Source: Nibricoccus sp. (lineage in GTDB: Bacteria > Verrucomicrobiota > Verrucomicrobiia > Opitutales > Opitutaceae). From it: DNA of 64,000 nucleotides. Made by a program: the position numbers and the translations under genes. Positions 17,798 to 29,772 of this stretch are shown one piece after another. Numbering within the stretch: position 1 is the first letter of the stretch; each line of letters begins with the position of its first letter. The stretch covers positions 4,320,001-4,384,000 of the forward strand of contig JASGHG010000001.1 of NCBI GenBank assembly GCA_047602425.1. The letters run 5' to 3'. The notes under the pieces were generated by a model. It did no database searches and was not told where the DNA came from. It saw only the letters and a program-made list of their open reading frames with translations.

Positions 17798-19219
17798 ATG
17801 CCTGCCGACTGGAAAAATTTCCCTGCGCTTTTCCCTCGTTCCGCGTTGCATCCGGCGGTCGTGTCCGCTGCCGACACGCGCCCGGCGGATGAATCTTGGT
17901 GCGTTGCATTTTCCGGAGGCGCCGATTCATTGGCGTTGCTGCTCCTCATCTGGACGCATTGGCCGGAACGGCGCTCGCGCCTGACGGCTCTTCACTTCAA
18001 TCATGGTCTGCGTGGCGCGGCGAGCGATGGTGACGAACAATTTTGCCGCGAGGTCTGCGCTGATCTGGAGATTGGTTTTAGTTCGGCAAAATGGCCGAAT
18101 CCGCCCGAACATCCCGGCGAAGCTGAGGCCCGCGCGGCGCGGCAGGAATTTTTTGCGCGGGAAATGTCGGCCCGCGAGGCACGTGTGCTTTGGACTGGCC
18201 ACCAAAAAGACGACATTGCCGAGACGCAGCTCATGCGTCTCGCGCGCGGCGCCGGTCCGGCCGGACTGGCCGCGCCACGTCCATTAAGCGCAAAAGAAGA
18301 TGACCGCATTTTCCTGCGACCCCTGCTCACGTTGAGCAAAGGCGAAATTCTCGCCGCATTGACGGCGGCCGGTGTGGCCTGGCGGGAGGATGCGACGAAT
18401 TCCACGCGCGATTATTTTCGGACGCGGGTTCGTTATGAAGTGCTTCCGCATTGGCAGGATGCGGCGTGTGCGAGCGTGCTCGGTGGAGCGGCGCTCAGCC
18501 GCGAGCTTTGCGAAGAGGATGACGTGGCGCTGGAATTTTGGCTCCGTCAACTGGGTGTGGAGGCCGCGGGCAACCGGCTCGACTTGCAGCCTCTGCGCGG
18601 ACTGCCCCGCGCGCTGTGGCGACGGGCGCTGCGCCGGTGGCGGCCGCTGGCGACATTGAGCCGGGCGGGTTTTGACGAACTCCTGACGCTTTGCGAAACC
18701 GGCGCGGCTGGACGCGTGAGCGTGGCAGACGGTTTTGTTGGGTTGAGCGATTTTATTCTCAGGTGGGAACCTGCGACCGGAGCATTCGAACCTTGGGCCG
18801 CGGTGGAATTGGGCGAGGGGAGCGCGGTGAAACTGCCCGATGGAGCGGAGATCATGGTTCGGCGGATCGTGTTCGATGCGGAGTTGCGCAAACGCATTTT
18901 GGCCGGACAGGTCGATTGTCGACGCGAAGCGTTTGTGTCTGGCGCAGCGTTACCATTGGTCGCACGCCCTTGGCGGGCCGGAGACCGTTTTCATCCGCTC
19001 GGTGCGCCGGGATCGGCGAAAATTCAGGACTGGTTCGTAAATCGGAAAATCCCCGTGGAACGCCGCGGAATACTTCCAATCATATGCTCAACTCAAGGCT
19101 CGGTCCTTTGGGTGCCCGGATTCCCCCCTGCAGAGACCGCAAAAGTCACAACTTTGACCGTTGAGGGGGTTCAATTGACTTATCGTGAAGGAACCTCCAC
19201 GTTAACAACCCAGTCTTAA
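17798..19219 (+). CDS. tilS: tRNA(Ile)-lysidine synthetase
   Basis: [45 protein letters not shown]; TilS C-terminal domain. Confidence 0.95.
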   Translation: MPADWKNFPALFPRSALHPAVVSAADTRPADESWCVAFSGGADSLALLLLIWTHWPERRSRLTALHFNHGLRGAASDGDEQFCREVCADLEIGFSSAKWPNPPEHPGEAEARAARQEFFAREMSAREARVLWTGHQKDDIAETQLMRLARGAGPAGLAAPRPLSAKEDDRIFLRPLLTLSKGEILAALTAAGVAWREDATNSTRDYFRTRVRYEVLPHWQDAACASVLGGAALSRELCEEDDVALEFWLRQLGVEAAGNRLDLQPLRGLPRALWRRALRRWRPLATLSRAGFDELLTLCETGAAGRVSVADGFVGLSDFILRWEPATGAFEPWAAVELGEGSAVKLPDGAEIMVRRIVFDAELRKRILAGQVDCRREAFVSGAALPLVARPWRAGDRFHPLGAPGSAKIQDWFVNRKIPVERRGILPIICSTQGSVLWVPGFPPAETAKVTTLTVEGVQLTYREGTSTLTTQS

Positions 19220-19227
19220 AAACCCTG

Positions 19228-21237
19228 ATGTCCGATCCACGAAACGATAAAAAGCGTCGCCCACTTAAAAACCTGCCTCCCGAGCGGTTTCAGCCCAAGG
19301 TCATTTTGATCTGGATGGCTGTTTTTGGGGCTTTGGCTGCGTTGATTTACTTCAGCAAAGGCAACAATGCCGCGCCCGCGACCCTCAAAATCCAGGAAGT
19401 GGTTGAACTGGCCGACCGAAAGCTGATCGCAAAAGGCGAAATCCGTTACGATGGCTCTGTCGCTCGCGATTGGGTGCAGGTTGTGGGCGAAGTCAAAGAA
19501 CCGATTCTCGACGGCGCCAATGGCGTGAAGACCCAGTATTTCCAAGCGTCGGGCAGCCTGACGGAAAAGACCAAGGAGTCCCTGCAGAAAGCGTTGTTCA
19601 CGGAGCGTCCGGCGAGCACCGTGTACACGCAGATTCTGGGCAATTTCCTTCCCATCATCTTCATCATCGGTCTGCTCTATTTCCTTTTCATGAGGCAAAT
19701 CCGGAGCGCGGGCCGCGGCGCTCTCAGCTTCGGCAAAAGCCGGGCCAAGCTTCTGACGCGCGATCGCGACCGCATTACCTTCTCCGATGTGGCCGGTTGT
19801 GACGAGGCCAAGGAAGAAGTTTCGGAAGTTGTCGATTTCCTGAAAGATCCGAAAAAATTCACCAAGATGGGCGGCAAAATTCCGAAGGGCATTCTCATGG
19901 TCGGCCCTCCGGGCACGGGTAAAACCCTTCTTGCCAAAGCCGTCGCCGGCGAAGCCGACGTGCCGTTTTTCTCCATTAGCGGCTCCGACTTTGTGGAGAT
20001 GTTTGTTGGTGTCGGTGCGAGCCGCGTGCGCGATATGTTTGAGCAAGGCCGCAAAAACGCGCCCTGCCTGATCTTCATCGACGAAATCGACGCCGTGGGC
20101 CGCCAGCGCGGTGCTGGACTCGGCGGTGGCAACGACGAACGTGAGCAGACGCTCAACTCGCTTCTTGTAGAAATGGACGGTTTCGACACCACCGAAGGCG
20201 TCATCATCATCGCCGCGACTAATCGCCCCGATGTGCTCGACAATGCGCTGCTGCGCCCGGGCCGTTTCGATCGCCAGATTTACGTCGATCTTCCCGACTT
20301 GGTGGGCCGCGAACAAATTCTCCGCGTTCATGCCCGCCGGATCGCACTTTCCGACGACGTTGACCTCAACGTCATCGCCCGCGGCACGCCCGGGCTTTCC
20401 GGCGCTGACCTCGCGAATCTTTTGAACGAAGGCGCGCTCCTCGCTGCCCGTCGCAACAAGAAAAAAGTCGAAATGATCGACGTCGAAGATGCGCGCGAAA
20501 AAGTACAATTTGGCCGCGAACGCCGCCGCGTGATGGACGACCGCGAGAAAAAGCTAACCGCTTATCATGAAGCCGGCCACGCCTTGGTCACCGCAGTTTT
20601 GGATGACGGCTTGGTTCCCGTGCACAAGGTGACGATCATTCCTCGTGGTGGCAGCTTGGGCAGCACGATGTACATTCCCAAGAAAGACATTCTCACGCAG
20701 GAAAAAAAGCGCGCCGAAATCCGCATAGCGATTGGTTGTGCAGGCCGCATCGCCGAAGAACTCGTGATGGACGACATTTCGAGCGGAGCCACCGGTGACA
20801 TCAAGATGGTGACGAAGATTGCCCGTGCCATGGTTTGCGACTGGGGAATGAGCCCGCTCGGCATGGTCGCCTACGGCGATAATCACGACACCGTTTTCCT
20901 GGGCCGTGAAATCTCCCGTTCGGAAAACTACAGCGAGGAAACGGCTCGCAAGATCGACGCGGAAGTTTCCCGCATCATCAACGAACAGTACGCCCGCGCC
21001 ACCGAGGTCATCTCTTCCCGCCGTCCCGCCCTCGATAAAATCGCCGAGGCGCTGTTGGAATACGAGACGATCGAAGGCAAACATGTGCTGGAAATCCTTC
21101 AGGAGGGCGAAATCAAATCGCCCGTGGTGAGAGAGATTCCTCCGCTGCCGAAATCCAACGACAAGCATCCGAAACAACCGGCGGACAAACCTGCCTCCAA
21201 CCTCGGCGGTACCGCCCCCGCGCCAAATCCCGCCTGA
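19228..21237 (+). CDS. ftsH: ATP-dependent zinc metalloprotease FtsH
   Basis: Two TMs, [30 protein letters not shown]. Confidence 0.98.
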   Translation: MSDPRNDKKRRPLKNLPPERFQPKVILIWMAVFGALAALIYFSKGNNAAPATLKIQEVVELADRKLIAKGEIRYDGSVARDWVQVVGEVKEPILDGANGVKTQYFQASGSLTEKTKESLQKALFTERPASTVYTQILGNFLPIIFIIGLLYFLFMRQIRSAGRGALSFGKSRAKLLTRDRDRITFSDVAGCDEAKEEVSEVVDFLKDPKKFTKMGGKIPKGILMVGPPGTGKTLLAKAVAGEADVPFFSISGSDFVEMFVGVGASRVRDMFEQGRKNAPCLIFIDEIDAVGRQRGAGLGGGNDEREQTLNSLLVEMDGFDTTEGVIIIAATNRPDVLDNALLRPGRFDRQIYVDLPDLVGREQILRVHARRIALSDDVDLNVIARGTPGLSGADLANLLNEGALLAARRNKKKVEMIDVEDAREKVQFGRERRRVMDDREKKLTAYHEAGHALVTAVLDDGLVPVHKVTIIPRGGSLGSTMYIPKKDILTQEKKRAEIRIAIGCAGRIAEELVMDDISSGATGDIKMVTKIARAMVCDWGMSPLGMVAYGDNHDTVFLGREISRSENYSEETARKIDAEVSRIINEQYARATEVISSRRPALDKIAEALLEYETIEGKHVLEILQEGEIKSPVVREIPPLPKSNDKHPKQPADKPASNLGGTAPAPNPA

Positions 21238-21259
21238 TACTCTGGCGGTATTTTCCTCC

Positions 21260-21288
21260 AAGGCGCGGTCTCAATTCCGCGCCTTTTT
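21260..21288 (+). terminator. Intrinsic terminator after ftsH
   Basis: AAGGCGCGG-tctcaatt-CCGCGCCTT-TTT. Confidence 0.75.
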
Positions 21289-21342
21289 CATTTCTGAAGA
21301 CCGTCAATCGTCTCTGCGCAGGTCAATTTTTAAGCTAAACCA

Positions 21343-22605
21343 GTGAAACCCGCTAAAATAAGTTTCTCTTCCCTTGGACAGCGTTCGGAGCCGCCAACGA
21401 TCGCACGTCTCATGACGATGGCCTTGGAAACCCCCGGGTTGCTTTCGCTCGCCGCCGGTTTTACGGACAACAGTACGCTGCCGGTTCTTGCCACGCGTTC
21501 GGCAATGGAGGACCTCGCAGCGCAATCCGGGGACCCGGAATATTTGCAGTACGGCACAAATCAGGGTCGGTCCGGATTGAGGCGATTGCTCGCGGAAGCG
21601 CTGGTTAAGAAAGAAGCGAATCTCGAGATTGAAGCTGTTGCGCAAAATTTGTTGATAACAAATGGATCGCAACAAGCGCTTTACCTGGCGATGCAGGTGC
21701 TCTGCGACCCGGGTGACATCGTGTTGGTGGACCGACCGAGCTACTTTGTGTTTTTGGAGATGTTGACTGGACTAGGCGTGCAGGCGCGTTCCATGCCGAT
21801 CGACAAAAATGGTCGGATCGATGGGGCTGCGTTGAAAGAAATGCTCGTCGAGATGAGTGCGAACGGGGACATAAAGCGCTTAAAGGCCCTGTATTTCGTC
21901 AGCTATTTTTCAAATCCATCGTCCCGCAGCCTGACGGAAGAAGAAAAGAACACGATTGCCGACGTGCTGACCGCGCAAGGTTTATGTCTGCCGGTCATCG
22001 AGGATGGAGCGTACCGCGAACTCTATTTCCGCGAAGCCTGCCCGGCAGCGAGTGTGTTGAGCCTGTCCTCGTGGAGCGCATTTCCGAAACTTTATCTAGA
22101 GACATTGACAAAGCCTTTCGCGACCGGCTTGAAGGTGGGCTATGGTTATTGCTCCGATCGGATCTGGCTGGAAAAGATGTTACACGTCAAAGGCTGTCAC
22201 GATTTCGGCACGGCGAATTTAAATCAGGCGATTTTTGAGCGAGTCCTGTCCAACGGCGGATATGTCGGCCAACTTGCGAAAATTCGGCCGCATTATGAAC
22301 GGAAAATGCGTTGTCTGAACGATGCCTTGGTGACCGAAGGGCTGCCGCAACTCGGCTGGCGCTGGAGCATTCCCACTGGCGGCCTGTATCTTTGGCTGGA
22401 AGCGCCGTCTGCTTTGGATACCGCGACCGACTCGGCTTTTTGCCATGCCTGCATTCGCGAAGGCGTACTCTACGTGCCGGGCGATTTATGTTTTGGCGAT
22501 AACGCCCCGCGAAATTTCGTACGCCTGAGTTTTGGCGTTCTAAACGAAACGGACCTTGTTGAGGCAGCGCGACGGTTTGTGACGGTTGCGCGGCGATTGG
22601 GATGA
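21343..22605 (+). CDS. PLP-dependent class I aminotransferase (LysN/ARO8-like)
   Basis: ITNGSQQAL, FSNPS, IEDGAY, TLTKPFATGLKVGY (PLP Lys), GGLYLW, RLSF. Confidence 0.88.
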   Translation: MKPAKISFSSLGQRSEPPTIARLMTMALETPGLLSLAAGFTDNSTLPVLATRSAMEDLAAQSGDPEYLQYGTNQGRSGLRRLLAEALVKKEANLEIEAVAQNLLITNGSQQALYLAMQVLCDPGDIVLVDRPSYFVFLEMLTGLGVQARSMPIDKNGRIDGAALKEMLVEMSANGDIKRLKALYFVSYFSNPSSRSLTEEEKNTIADVLTAQGLCLPVIEDGAYRELYFREACPAASVLSLSSWSAFPKLYLETLTKPFATGLKVGYGYCSDRIWLEKMLHVKGCHDFGTANLNQAIFERVLSNGGYVGQLAKIRPHYERKMRCLNDALVTEGLPQLGWRWSIPTGGLYLWLEAPSALDTATDSAFCHACIREGVLYVPGDLCFGDNAPRNFVRLSFGVLNETDLVEAARRFVTVARRLG

Positions 22606-22672
22606 ATCTATTGCATTCGGAAATTCGGCCTTGGAAGCTGTGAACGAAATGGCCTAACTTGCGGTCATTCCT

Positions 22673-24031
22673 ATGAAAATTTGCTGCATCGGTGCTGGTT
22701 ATGTGGGCGGTCCTACTATGGCAATGATTGCCCTCAAGGCTTCTGACATCGAAGTGAACGTCGTCGACATGAACGCCGCCCGCATCGCGGCTTGGAATTC
22801 CGATACGCTTCCGATCTACGAGCCTGGCTTGGATGATGTGGTCAAGCAGTGCCGTGGCAAAAATCTGCATTTCAGCACCGACGTCGCCGGCGGTATTCAA
22901 AAAGCGGATATCATCTTTGTGTCCGTCAACACGCCAACCAAGACGTACGGTGTGGGCGCCGGCAAGGCCGCGGACCTCCGCTACGTCGAATCTGTTGCCC
23001 GCATGATCGCGGATGTGGCAACGTCGTCTAAGATCATTGTTGAAAAATCGACCATCCCGGTTCGCACTGCCGAAGCGATCAAAACGATTCTCGCGGCCAA
23101 CACGCGCGGCCTGAAATTCTCCGTGCTTTCGAATCCCGAGTTTCTTGCGGAAGGCACGGCGGTGGCCGATTTGCTCAGCCCTGATCGTGTGCTGATCGGT
23201 GGCGAACAAAGCGCGGAGGGGCAGGCGGCGCTGAAGACCCTCGCCGACGTTTACGGCCGCTGGGTGCCGCGCGAGCGTATTATCCTAACCAACCTCTGGT
23301 CTTCGGAACTTTCAAAGCTGGTGGCCAACGCGTTTCTCGCGCAGCGCATTTCGTCGATTAACTCCATTTCCGCGCTTTGCGAAGCGACCGGCGCAGACGT
23401 GGACGAAGTCGCCAATGCCATCGGAAAAGACAGCCGCATCGGCCCCAAATTTTTGAAGGCGTCTGTTGGTTTCGGTGGCTCGTGCTTTCAGAAAGACATT
23501 TTGAATCTTGTGTACCTTTGTCAGCACTTTGGCCTGCCCGAAGTTGCTTCGTACTGGGAGCACGTGGTGCAGATGAACGATTTTCAAAAGCGCCGTTTTG
23601 CCTCGAGAATTGTCGATTCTCTTTTCAATACCGTCGCCGACAAGAAAATCGCTGTGCTCGGTTTTGCCTTTAAAAAAGACACGAACGACACGCGCGAGTC
23701 CGCGGCGATCAATGTCGTGCGCGATCTGCTTGCGGAACAGGCCAACGTAACCGTGTATGACCCAAAAGTTCCCGCCGCCGAAATCGTTTCCGATACACTC
23801 GGCAAGGGTAATTCCAATCCACGTTTGTCGGTGGCTTCGAACGTCTACAAAGCCTGCGAGGGCGCGCATGCTGTCGCGATCGTGACCGAATGGGACGAGT
23901 TTAAAAAACTCGATTTCGAAAAAATCTACGCGGGTATGATGAAGCCGGCCTTCATTTTCGACGGCCGCAACATCGTCGATCTCGCCCAGTTGCGCGCCAT
24001 TGGTTTCCGCGCCTTCGGCATCGGAAAATAG
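22673..24031 (+). CDS. ugd: UDP-glucose 6-dehydrogenase
   Basis: [56 protein letters not shown]. Confidence 0.95.
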   Translation: MKICCIGAGYVGGPTMAMIALKASDIEVNVVDMNAARIAAWNSDTLPIYEPGLDDVVKQCRGKNLHFSTDVAGGIQKADIIFVSVNTPTKTYGVGAGKAADLRYVESVARMIADVATSSKIIVEKSTIPVRTAEAIKTILAANTRGLKFSVLSNPEFLAEGTAVADLLSPDRVLIGGEQSAEGQAALKTLADVYGRWVPRERIILTNLWSSELSKLVANAFLAQRISSINSISALCEATGADVDEVANAIGKDSRIGPKFLKASVGFGGSCFQKDILNLVYLCQHFGLPEVASYWEHVVQMNDFQKRRFASRIVDSLFNTVADKKIAVLGFAFKKDTNDTRESAAINVVRDLLAEQANVTVYDPKVPAAEIVSDTLGKGNSNPRLSVASNVYKACEGAHAVAIVTEWDEFKKLDFEKIYAGMMKPAFIFDGRNIVDLAQLRAIGFRAFGIGK

Positions 24032-24070
24032 GTCTGGCAAGGGCTACACCGCAGGTGCGGCCCAACGTAT

Positions 24071-25459
24071 TCAACTTTCCGGTACAACCGGGATCAGGTT
24101 GCTCGTGACTTGTTCGCGGCTACGGTGCGCATACTTGAGCCATTTGCGAAGTTTCCAACGCCGGTACATGATCATGCCTCGCAGCCATTCCTCGATCATC
24201 ATGGCGATCCAGATTCCCGGCAGGCCCCATTTCAATCGGAGGCTGAAAAACCACGCGAGCGGTACGCCCATAAACCATTGTGAAATCATGGCGACCTGCA
24301 CAGGGAACCGCGCATCTCCTGTGGCGCGAAGCGCATTGATCACGACAATATTGAAGACCCGGCCCGGCTCGTAGATGATCGACAGCCGCAAAAGCAATAC
24401 ACCGCCCGCGATGATCACAGGGTCACGTGAGAACAGGCCGAGCATCGGTTTGGCGAACAACGCCACCAGTACAATTGCCCCGGTGGCGATCAGCAGGCCC
24501 GTGCGCAGGCTCTTCATGACTTCGCGATATGCGTGCTCAAACTCCCCCGCGCCGATCATCCGCCCGATGAGGATTTCCGTGCCGAGTCCGAGCGAAACGC
24601 TGAAAAGAATGACTAGGCGTTGCACATTCTGGGTGTAAGTCATCTGCGCGAGGCTTTCTGAGCCGAGTCGGGAGGCGAAACTGGTTATAACCATCAATGA
24701 GAGCCAATAGCTCATGTGTTCACCGGCGGCGGGCAGGCCGATGTGGAGGATGCGTTTGATTCGTCCGAGCGGAAGCTTTACGAAGTCCGCCGCGCGCAAC
24801 TTGATGTGCAGACGACGCTCGAGCAGAGTCCAAAGCGCGATGGAAGCTGCCACACGACTGAAGACACTGGCCAGCGCGACGCCGGGCACGCCCATCTTGG
24901 GTGCACCCAAAAGGCCGAACAGGAGCACGCAGCTCACCGCGATGTTGATCACGTTTTGCACCAGCGTGACCACCATGGCGTCGCGCGTATGTCCGTGGGC
25001 GCGCAGGGAGGCGCCGATGGAGCTGTTGACCGCCTCCATGAACAACGAACCGCCCATCATAGCCAGAAACGGCTGCGCGTAGATCATGAGATCGCCCGGT
25101 AGTTGCATGAACCTCAGAAGAGGCGCGGCAAAGAGGTAGGCGATCAGGCTGCAAACGATGCCGACCCAAAGATTCACTGCGATGGCGGTGCCGACGATTT
25201 TTTTTGCACCAGCCGCATCGCCTCCACCGACGTGGTGCGTAATGACCACGCTTGCGCCGATGCCGATGAAATTGAAACAGATCAATGCCAGGACGACGAA
25301 CTGATTGGCCACACCGAGCGCGGCGACTGCGCCATCGGAAACATGGCTCACCATAAACGTATCGACCGTGCCGATCAAGATGCGCAGGGTCTGTTCAACA
25401 AAAATCGGCCAGGCGATGGCGAGTAGAGTGGGCTGGGTGCTGGACGTGGTTGGCTTCAC
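24071..25459 (-). CDS. MATE family efflux transporter
   Basis: About 12 TMs; IAWPIFVEQ..VDTFMVS; ALRATGDARFP. Confidence 0.92.
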   Translation of the reverse strand: MKPTTSSTQPTLLAIAWPIFVEQTLRILIGTVDTFMVSHVSDGAVAALGVANQFVVLALICFNFIGIGASVVITHHVGGGDAAGAKKIVGTAIAVNLWVGIVCSLIAYLFAAPLLRFMQLPGDLMIYAQPFLAMMGGSLFMEAVNSSIGASLRAHGHTRDAMVVTLVQNVINIAVSCVLLFGLLGAPKMGVPGVALASVFSRVAASIALWTLLERRLHIKLRAADFVKLPLGRIKRILHIGLPAAGEHMSYWLSLMVITSFASRLGSESLAQMTYTQNVQRLVILFSVSLGLGTEILIGRMIGAGEFEHAYREVMKSLRTGLLIATGAIVLVALFAKPMLGLFSRDPVIIAGGVLLLRLSIIYEPGRVFNIVVINALRATGDARFPVQVAMISQWFMGVPLAWFFSLRLKWGLPGIWIAMMIEEWLRGMIMYRRWKLRKWLKYAHRSREQVTSNLIPVVPES

Positions 25460-25594
25460 TTTGCGTCACGTGCTATCACTCCGTGACGGCCATCCCGTAA
25501 AGCGGATTAAGAGTATAACGTTAGCGTTATTCTCTTGAGTTTGGTTGCCGAGACGCTGAACGACGCAACTCGCGCGCAAGGAACCACTGGGGTT

Positions 25595-26590
25595 CTACTT
25601 TCGCGACCAGAGGCGCAGCGACGAGAGCAGGAAATCCTCCAGCGCGGCGGATTCGTTCAAATTGACCCGCAACAGGCCAACGGCGTGCTCCAGTTTTTCG
25701 ATCGACGCTGTCAAGGCGCGGCGCGTGGTGCCGTCGTCGTTGTTCAGGCGTTCGAGGGCGAAGGCGCGGGTGGCGTGTTCGATTTCGATGAAGAGTCGAG
25801 AGCGGAGGCCATTGGCGATCCCGGTTTCAATCGCGACTTGTTCCTCATCGGACAGCTCGGCGGGAAGTTTCTCCTTTTGCGCCTTCCAAACTTCGCCAGT
25901 CGCGAAATCGAGGATGGCGCCGAATCGCGAAACCAGTCCATAGGTGCAAAAAATCGAGGCGGCCGCGGCTTTTTTGTCGGCGATGCCGGCGCGCAATTGC
26001 GCGAGCCAGCCGCGGTAATCGCTCAGCCATGCGCTCCATCCGTCGGGTGAGAAACCCGCGGTATCGGTTGGAAAACGGAAATGAAGGCAGCGGCTGCGGA
26101 TCGTGGGCAGCAAGGCGTAGGGCCGCGTGGTGATAAGCAGGAGCGAAGTGTTGGCCGGCGGCTCCTCGAGGGTTTTGAGAAAAATATTGGCAGCGGCCAC
26201 GTTCATGCGATCGCACTCGTGGATAACGGCGACCTTGCGCGGGGCGACGGTGGGCGAAACCTGGACTTTGCCGATGAGATCGCGCGTCGCGTCGGCGGAA
26301 ATTTGGCGCATTTTGCCGGTTGGACGAAGCGCGAAGAAATCCGGATGCTGCTCGGGCGCGTAGCGGGGCGCATCCATGCCGGGCAAACCGAAGCCGCCGC
26401 CAGCTGTGTCGCCGGTGTTGAGCAACCGGTCGGCGAGGGCGAGGGCGACGTGCTGGAGCGTTTCGATGTCGTCGCCCGTCAGCAGCAGACTGTGCGAAAG
26501 ACGGTCCCGTTCGATGGCGCGCTCGATCACGAGGACTGAGGGCGTGCCGGCAACGGCGGCGGGCCAGGGCATGGTTTCTGCCGATGACAT
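25595..26590 (-). CDS. holB: DNA polymerase III subunit delta'
   Basis: RLSHSLLL.G, HPDF, KVAVI...DRMN..AAN.FLKTLEEPP, LLPTIRSRC; downstream of tmk. Confidence 0.88.
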   Translation of the reverse strand: MSSAETMPWPAAVAGTPSVLVIERAIERDRLSHSLLLTGDDIETLQHVALALADRLLNTGDTAGGGFGLPGMDAPRYAPEQHPDFFALRPTGKMRQISADATRDLIGKVQVSPTVAPRKVAVIHECDRMNVAAANIFLKTLEEPPANTSLLLITTRPYALLPTIRSRCLHFRFPTDTAGFSPDGWSAWLSDYRGWLAQLRAGIADKKAAAASIFCTYGLVSRFGAILDFATGEVWKAQKEKLPAELSDEEQVAIETGIANGLRSRLFIEIEHATRAFALERLNNDDGTTRRALTASIEKLEHAVGLLRVNLNESAALEDFLLSSLRLWSRK

Positions 26591-26622
26591 CGAATGCGGC
26601 GGAGACGCGGCGCTGGCGGCGG

Positions 26623-27324
26623 TTAGGCCTTGACCGTGGTTCGCCTTGCGGCTTTGCGGGCGGGCTTGGCGGTTTCGACCAAACGTTCTTGCACGGCGGC
26701 CCAGACTTGTTTCGCGATGGCGGCTTCCTTTTGCGTGCCATCGATGACGACGAAGCGTTCCGACATGCCTTTGGCGAGCACGAGGTAGCCGGCGCGAACT
26801 TTTTCGTAGAAATCGATATTTTCGCGCTCCATGCGGTCGGGCAGGTCGCTCGCACGTTGGCGAATACGGGCCAGGCTGACTTCGGTGGGAACGTCGATCA
26901 CGATGGTGAGATCGGGCATGACATTGCCGACGGCGAAGCGGTTGATCTGATTGACCGGGCCCATGGCGAGGTTGCGTCCAATGCCTTGGTAGACCGTCGA
27001 GGAATCGAGGTAGCGGTCGCTGAGCACAAAGGCACCGCGGAGCAGGGCAGGGGCGATGACTTCACGGACGAGTTGGGCGCGCGCTGCGGCGAAAAGAAGG
27101 AGCTCGGTCTCGGCGCACATTTCGTCGCCCTTGGAATTGTGGACGATGATGTTTCGGATCTGCTCGCCGATTTCTGTGCCGCCGGGCTCACGGGTGGAAA
27201 CGACGTCGACCTTGGCCTGTTGGAGGCGCTCGGCGAGGTGCGCGATTTGCGTGGATTTTCCACTGCCTTCCGAACCTTCAAATGAGATGAGTTTGCCGAG
27301 AGCTTTTTGGTCTTTGAGAGGCAT
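26623..27324 (-). CDS. tmk: Thymidylate kinase
   Basis: FEGSEGSGKSTQ, TREPGGT, DRYLDSSTVYQG, DRME. Confidence 0.97.
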   Translation of the reverse strand: MPLKDQKALGKLISFEGSEGSGKSTQIAHLAERLQQAKVDVVSTREPGGTEIGEQIRNIIVHNSKGDEMCAETELLLFAAARAQLVREVIAPALLRGAFVLSDRYLDSSTVYQGIGRNLAMGPVNQINRFAVGNVMPDLTIVIDVPTEVSLARIRQRASDLPDRMERENIDFYEKVRAGYLVLAKGMSERFVVIDGTQKEAAIAKQVWAAVQERLVETAKPARKAARRTTVKA

Positions 27325-27535
27325 GATGGGAAACTAGGAGAATTATTTGGTGGTAGCGAGAATGGATTCTGCAGCGCGGGCCTGCACATCCAAGAGGCAA
27401 AAAAACCAAAGCCCCGGGAGCAACAGCATTCGCACGCGGTCTGCACTTCATCCGCCAAAACGAACATCTCGCCGCGCATGCTTTTCCATTGAATGCTCCG
27501 CCCAAACGCTCCAACTCTTCACGTAATCTTTTTCA

Positions 27536-28231
27536 ATGAATCTGTTTTTGCCTCTTCTCGCCACGACCAACCCCATTCAGGTTTTCATGCGTTGCGACGC
27601 CGCCGGCCAGGTCATCACGGTGGGTTTGTTGATTGCCAGTCTCTTTGCCTGGACCGTGATGATCGGAAAACATTTCGAGCTGAAACGCCTGCGTCTGCTC
27701 AACCACTCGTTTGAACAACGCCTCCGCGAAGAGCGTGCGGTGCTTCAGCTTCCCGAATCGTTTCGCGGCAAACGCGTGATTCCCTACGGCGACCTGTTTG
27801 CCGACGCGATCGAGGCTTACTGGCGCGCGGAGGCTCTGGCGAAGGAACGTGGAGACACAGCGGTTCGCACGCGCTTGGAGCACGCGGAAAACGCCCTGCA
27901 ACGCGCTCTTGCCCGCCAGACGCTTCGCTACGAATCGAGCATGGTGTTTCTGGCCACGCTGGTCTCGGGCGCGCCGTTTCTCGGGCTGCTTGGCACGGTT
28001 TGGGGCGTCATGGAAGCCTTTACCGCCGTATCGATGTTGCAAAACGTCGGTATCCCCGCGCTCGCCCCCGGCGTTTCGGCCGCGTTGCTCACCACGATCG
28101 CCGGCCTGATTGTCGCGATTCCCTCGGTCTTTGGTTACAATTACCTTCTCGCCAACACGAAGGTCATGATCACCGAACTGGAAAACTACGCCAGTTCCCT
28201 CGCTGATCGCATCGAACTCGAATCGCAGTAA
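27536..28231 (+). CDS. tolQ: MotA/TolQ/ExbB proton channel
   Basis: LAT..SGAPFLGLLGTVWGVM.AF; APGVSAALLTT.AGL.VAIPS. Confidence 0.85.
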   Translation: MNLFLPLLATTNPIQVFMRCDAAGQVITVGLLIASLFAWTVMIGKHFELKRLRLLNHSFEQRLREERAVLQLPESFRGKRVIPYGDLFADAIEAYWRAEALAKERGDTAVRTRLEHAENALQRALARQTLRYESSMVFLATLVSGAPFLGLLGTVWGVMEAFTAVSMLQNVGIPALAPGVSAALLTTIAGLIVAIPSVFGYNYLLANTKVMITELENYASSLADRIELESQ

Positions 28232-28267
28232 TTGCCGAGCTAGTCACAACCGCTAAATCATTTCATC

Positions 28268-28696
28268 ATGGCTCGCAGTTTCAGACGTCAACGTGCCGCC
28301 CATCCGATCGCGGAGCTCAACGTCACCAACATGATCGATCTTGGCTTCACGCTGCTGATCATTTTCATGACCGCGGCAAGCGTCAGCCAACAGGAGCAGT
28401 CGATTAACATTAATCTGCCCCAACATTCAAAGACACTACAACCCAAGCCCGATAAGGACACAAAGTTTGTCACGGTTGCGATCGACAATAAGGGGGCGTA
28501 TTACATCGACGGCGCCAACGTTACGTGGGCCCGTCTTTCCGAACGTCTGCATGACCTCGGGTTGTCCTCGAATCCCCCGGTTATTCGCATCCGCGGCGAC
28601 GCCAAGGTGGTTTACGAAAAAATCGTCGCCCTCATGGACGAGTTGCACAAAAACAATCTGAGCAAAATCAGTTTCGACACCCAGGTGAAGGATTGA
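28268..28696 (+). CDS. tolR: ExbD/TolR family protein
   Basis: ELNVTNMIDLGFTLLIIFM; IRGDA.V.Y. Confidence 0.85.
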   Translation: MARSFRRQRAAHPIAELNVTNMIDLGFTLLIIFMTAASVSQQEQSININLPQHSKTLQPKPDKDTKFVTVAIDNKGAYYIDGANVTWARLSERLHDLGLSSNPPVIRIRGDAKVVYEKIVALMDELHKNNLSKISFDTQVKD

Positions 28697-28738
28697 AGGT
28701 AAGAAAAATCCGTTCGACGCGTCATCCCACTGCCCGCC

Positions 28739-29716
28739 ATGAACGCCCGTTCACCCGCCGCCTTCGCGCTTTCGATATCGCTGCATGCACTCTTTGCGGC
28801 GGCGATGTTTTTTGCGGCCTATGCGATGAGGGACGAGATCACAAAACCGGCGAAGACCTTTGAACTGGTTGCTGGGCCGGGCGACAACTATCGCGCTACC
28901 GAGGCGCCCGCGTTGGGCAGCCCCGAAGGCACGAAAGTCGAGATGCCAAATCTTCCTCCGCTGCCTCTGCCGCCCGCTCCGACGCCGCCCGCGCCCGAAC
29001 CTGTTGTCTCTGCCCAGCCTGAGCCGTCGCCGGTGGAAGCTGTTCCGCCACCGAAAGAGACTCCGGCTCCGGTGCCACCCAAGAAAACTCCGCCCAAGCC
29101 GGAACCTTCGCCTATTGCCAAGCCGGAACCCAAGAAACCCGATCCCGTGGTCCCCGACCTGAACCGCACGATCAAACGGACCCAGAATAAGATCGCGTAT
29201 CAACAGAAGAAACAGCGTGACAAAGAAGCCAAAGCCGCCAAGGCAGCGGAAGCCGCAGCCGCGCTCAAGGCCAAGCAGGCCGAAATGGCGGCCCGTCTAA
29301 AAGCCGCCCAAGCGGGCGTAGGAGGGCAGAGTGGTCTCAAGAAAATCGACGCCAAAGGCATCGCTCAAGGCGTCGTCGGCGGCTCTGTCAACAATACGAA
29401 AGGAGGGGCTGGAGGCACGGCTTTGAGTCGTGAAGAACAGGACCTGCTTCAGACTTATCTCACCTTGCTCAAGCTGCGCATCCGCGAGAACCATGAAATA
29501 CCGACGGGCTTGAGCGACAATCTGGTCGCCCGGGTGGAAATTTATGTGGCGGCGGATGGAAGCATTCCTAAGTCCAAGATTGCGAAGTCCTCCGGCAATG
29601 CCGAATACGACGCATCCGCGCTGGCGGCAGTGAGAAATTTCAGGTCGGTGGGCCCCCGCCCCGACGGCAAAGGCAGCAGTTTCACCTTTGACCTGAAAAT
29701 GAATGACGAGGATTAA
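28739..29716 (+). CDS. TolA/TonB-like energy transducer
   Basis: N-terminal TM with S...H motif, Pro-rich and Ala/Lys-rich linker, C-terminal SSGN..YD.SAL.AV. Confidence 0.85.
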   Translation: MNARSPAAFALSISLHALFAAAMFFAAYAMRDEITKPAKTFELVAGPGDNYRATEAPALGSPEGTKVEMPNLPPLPLPPAPTPPAPEPVVSAQPEPSPVEAVPPPKETPAPVPPKKTPPKPEPSPIAKPEPKKPDPVVPDLNRTIKRTQNKIAYQQKKQRDKEAKAAKAAEAAAALKAKQAEMAARLKAAQAGVGGQSGLKKIDAKGIAQGVVGGSVNNTKGGAGGTALSREEQDLLQTYLTLLKLRIRENHEIPTGLSDNLVARVEIYVAADGSIPKSKIAKSSGNAEYDASALAAVRNFRSVGPRPDGKGSSFTFDLKMNDED

Positions 29717-29772
29717 AAAGTCCTTGCATTCCCGGCAGAAACTTTGATTTTCCACACCCTCACGTTGGTTAC

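Noticed and set aside
19216..20508. Long antisense ORFs (e.g. 430 aa opposite ftsH, 555 aa opposite GH31, 367 aa opposite oppD)
   Set aside because: Typical codon-bias shadows in high-GC DNA with no independent motifs.
28960..29300. Repetitive Pro/Lys/Ala-coding DNA
   Set aside because: Ordinary TolA/TonB linker low complexity.
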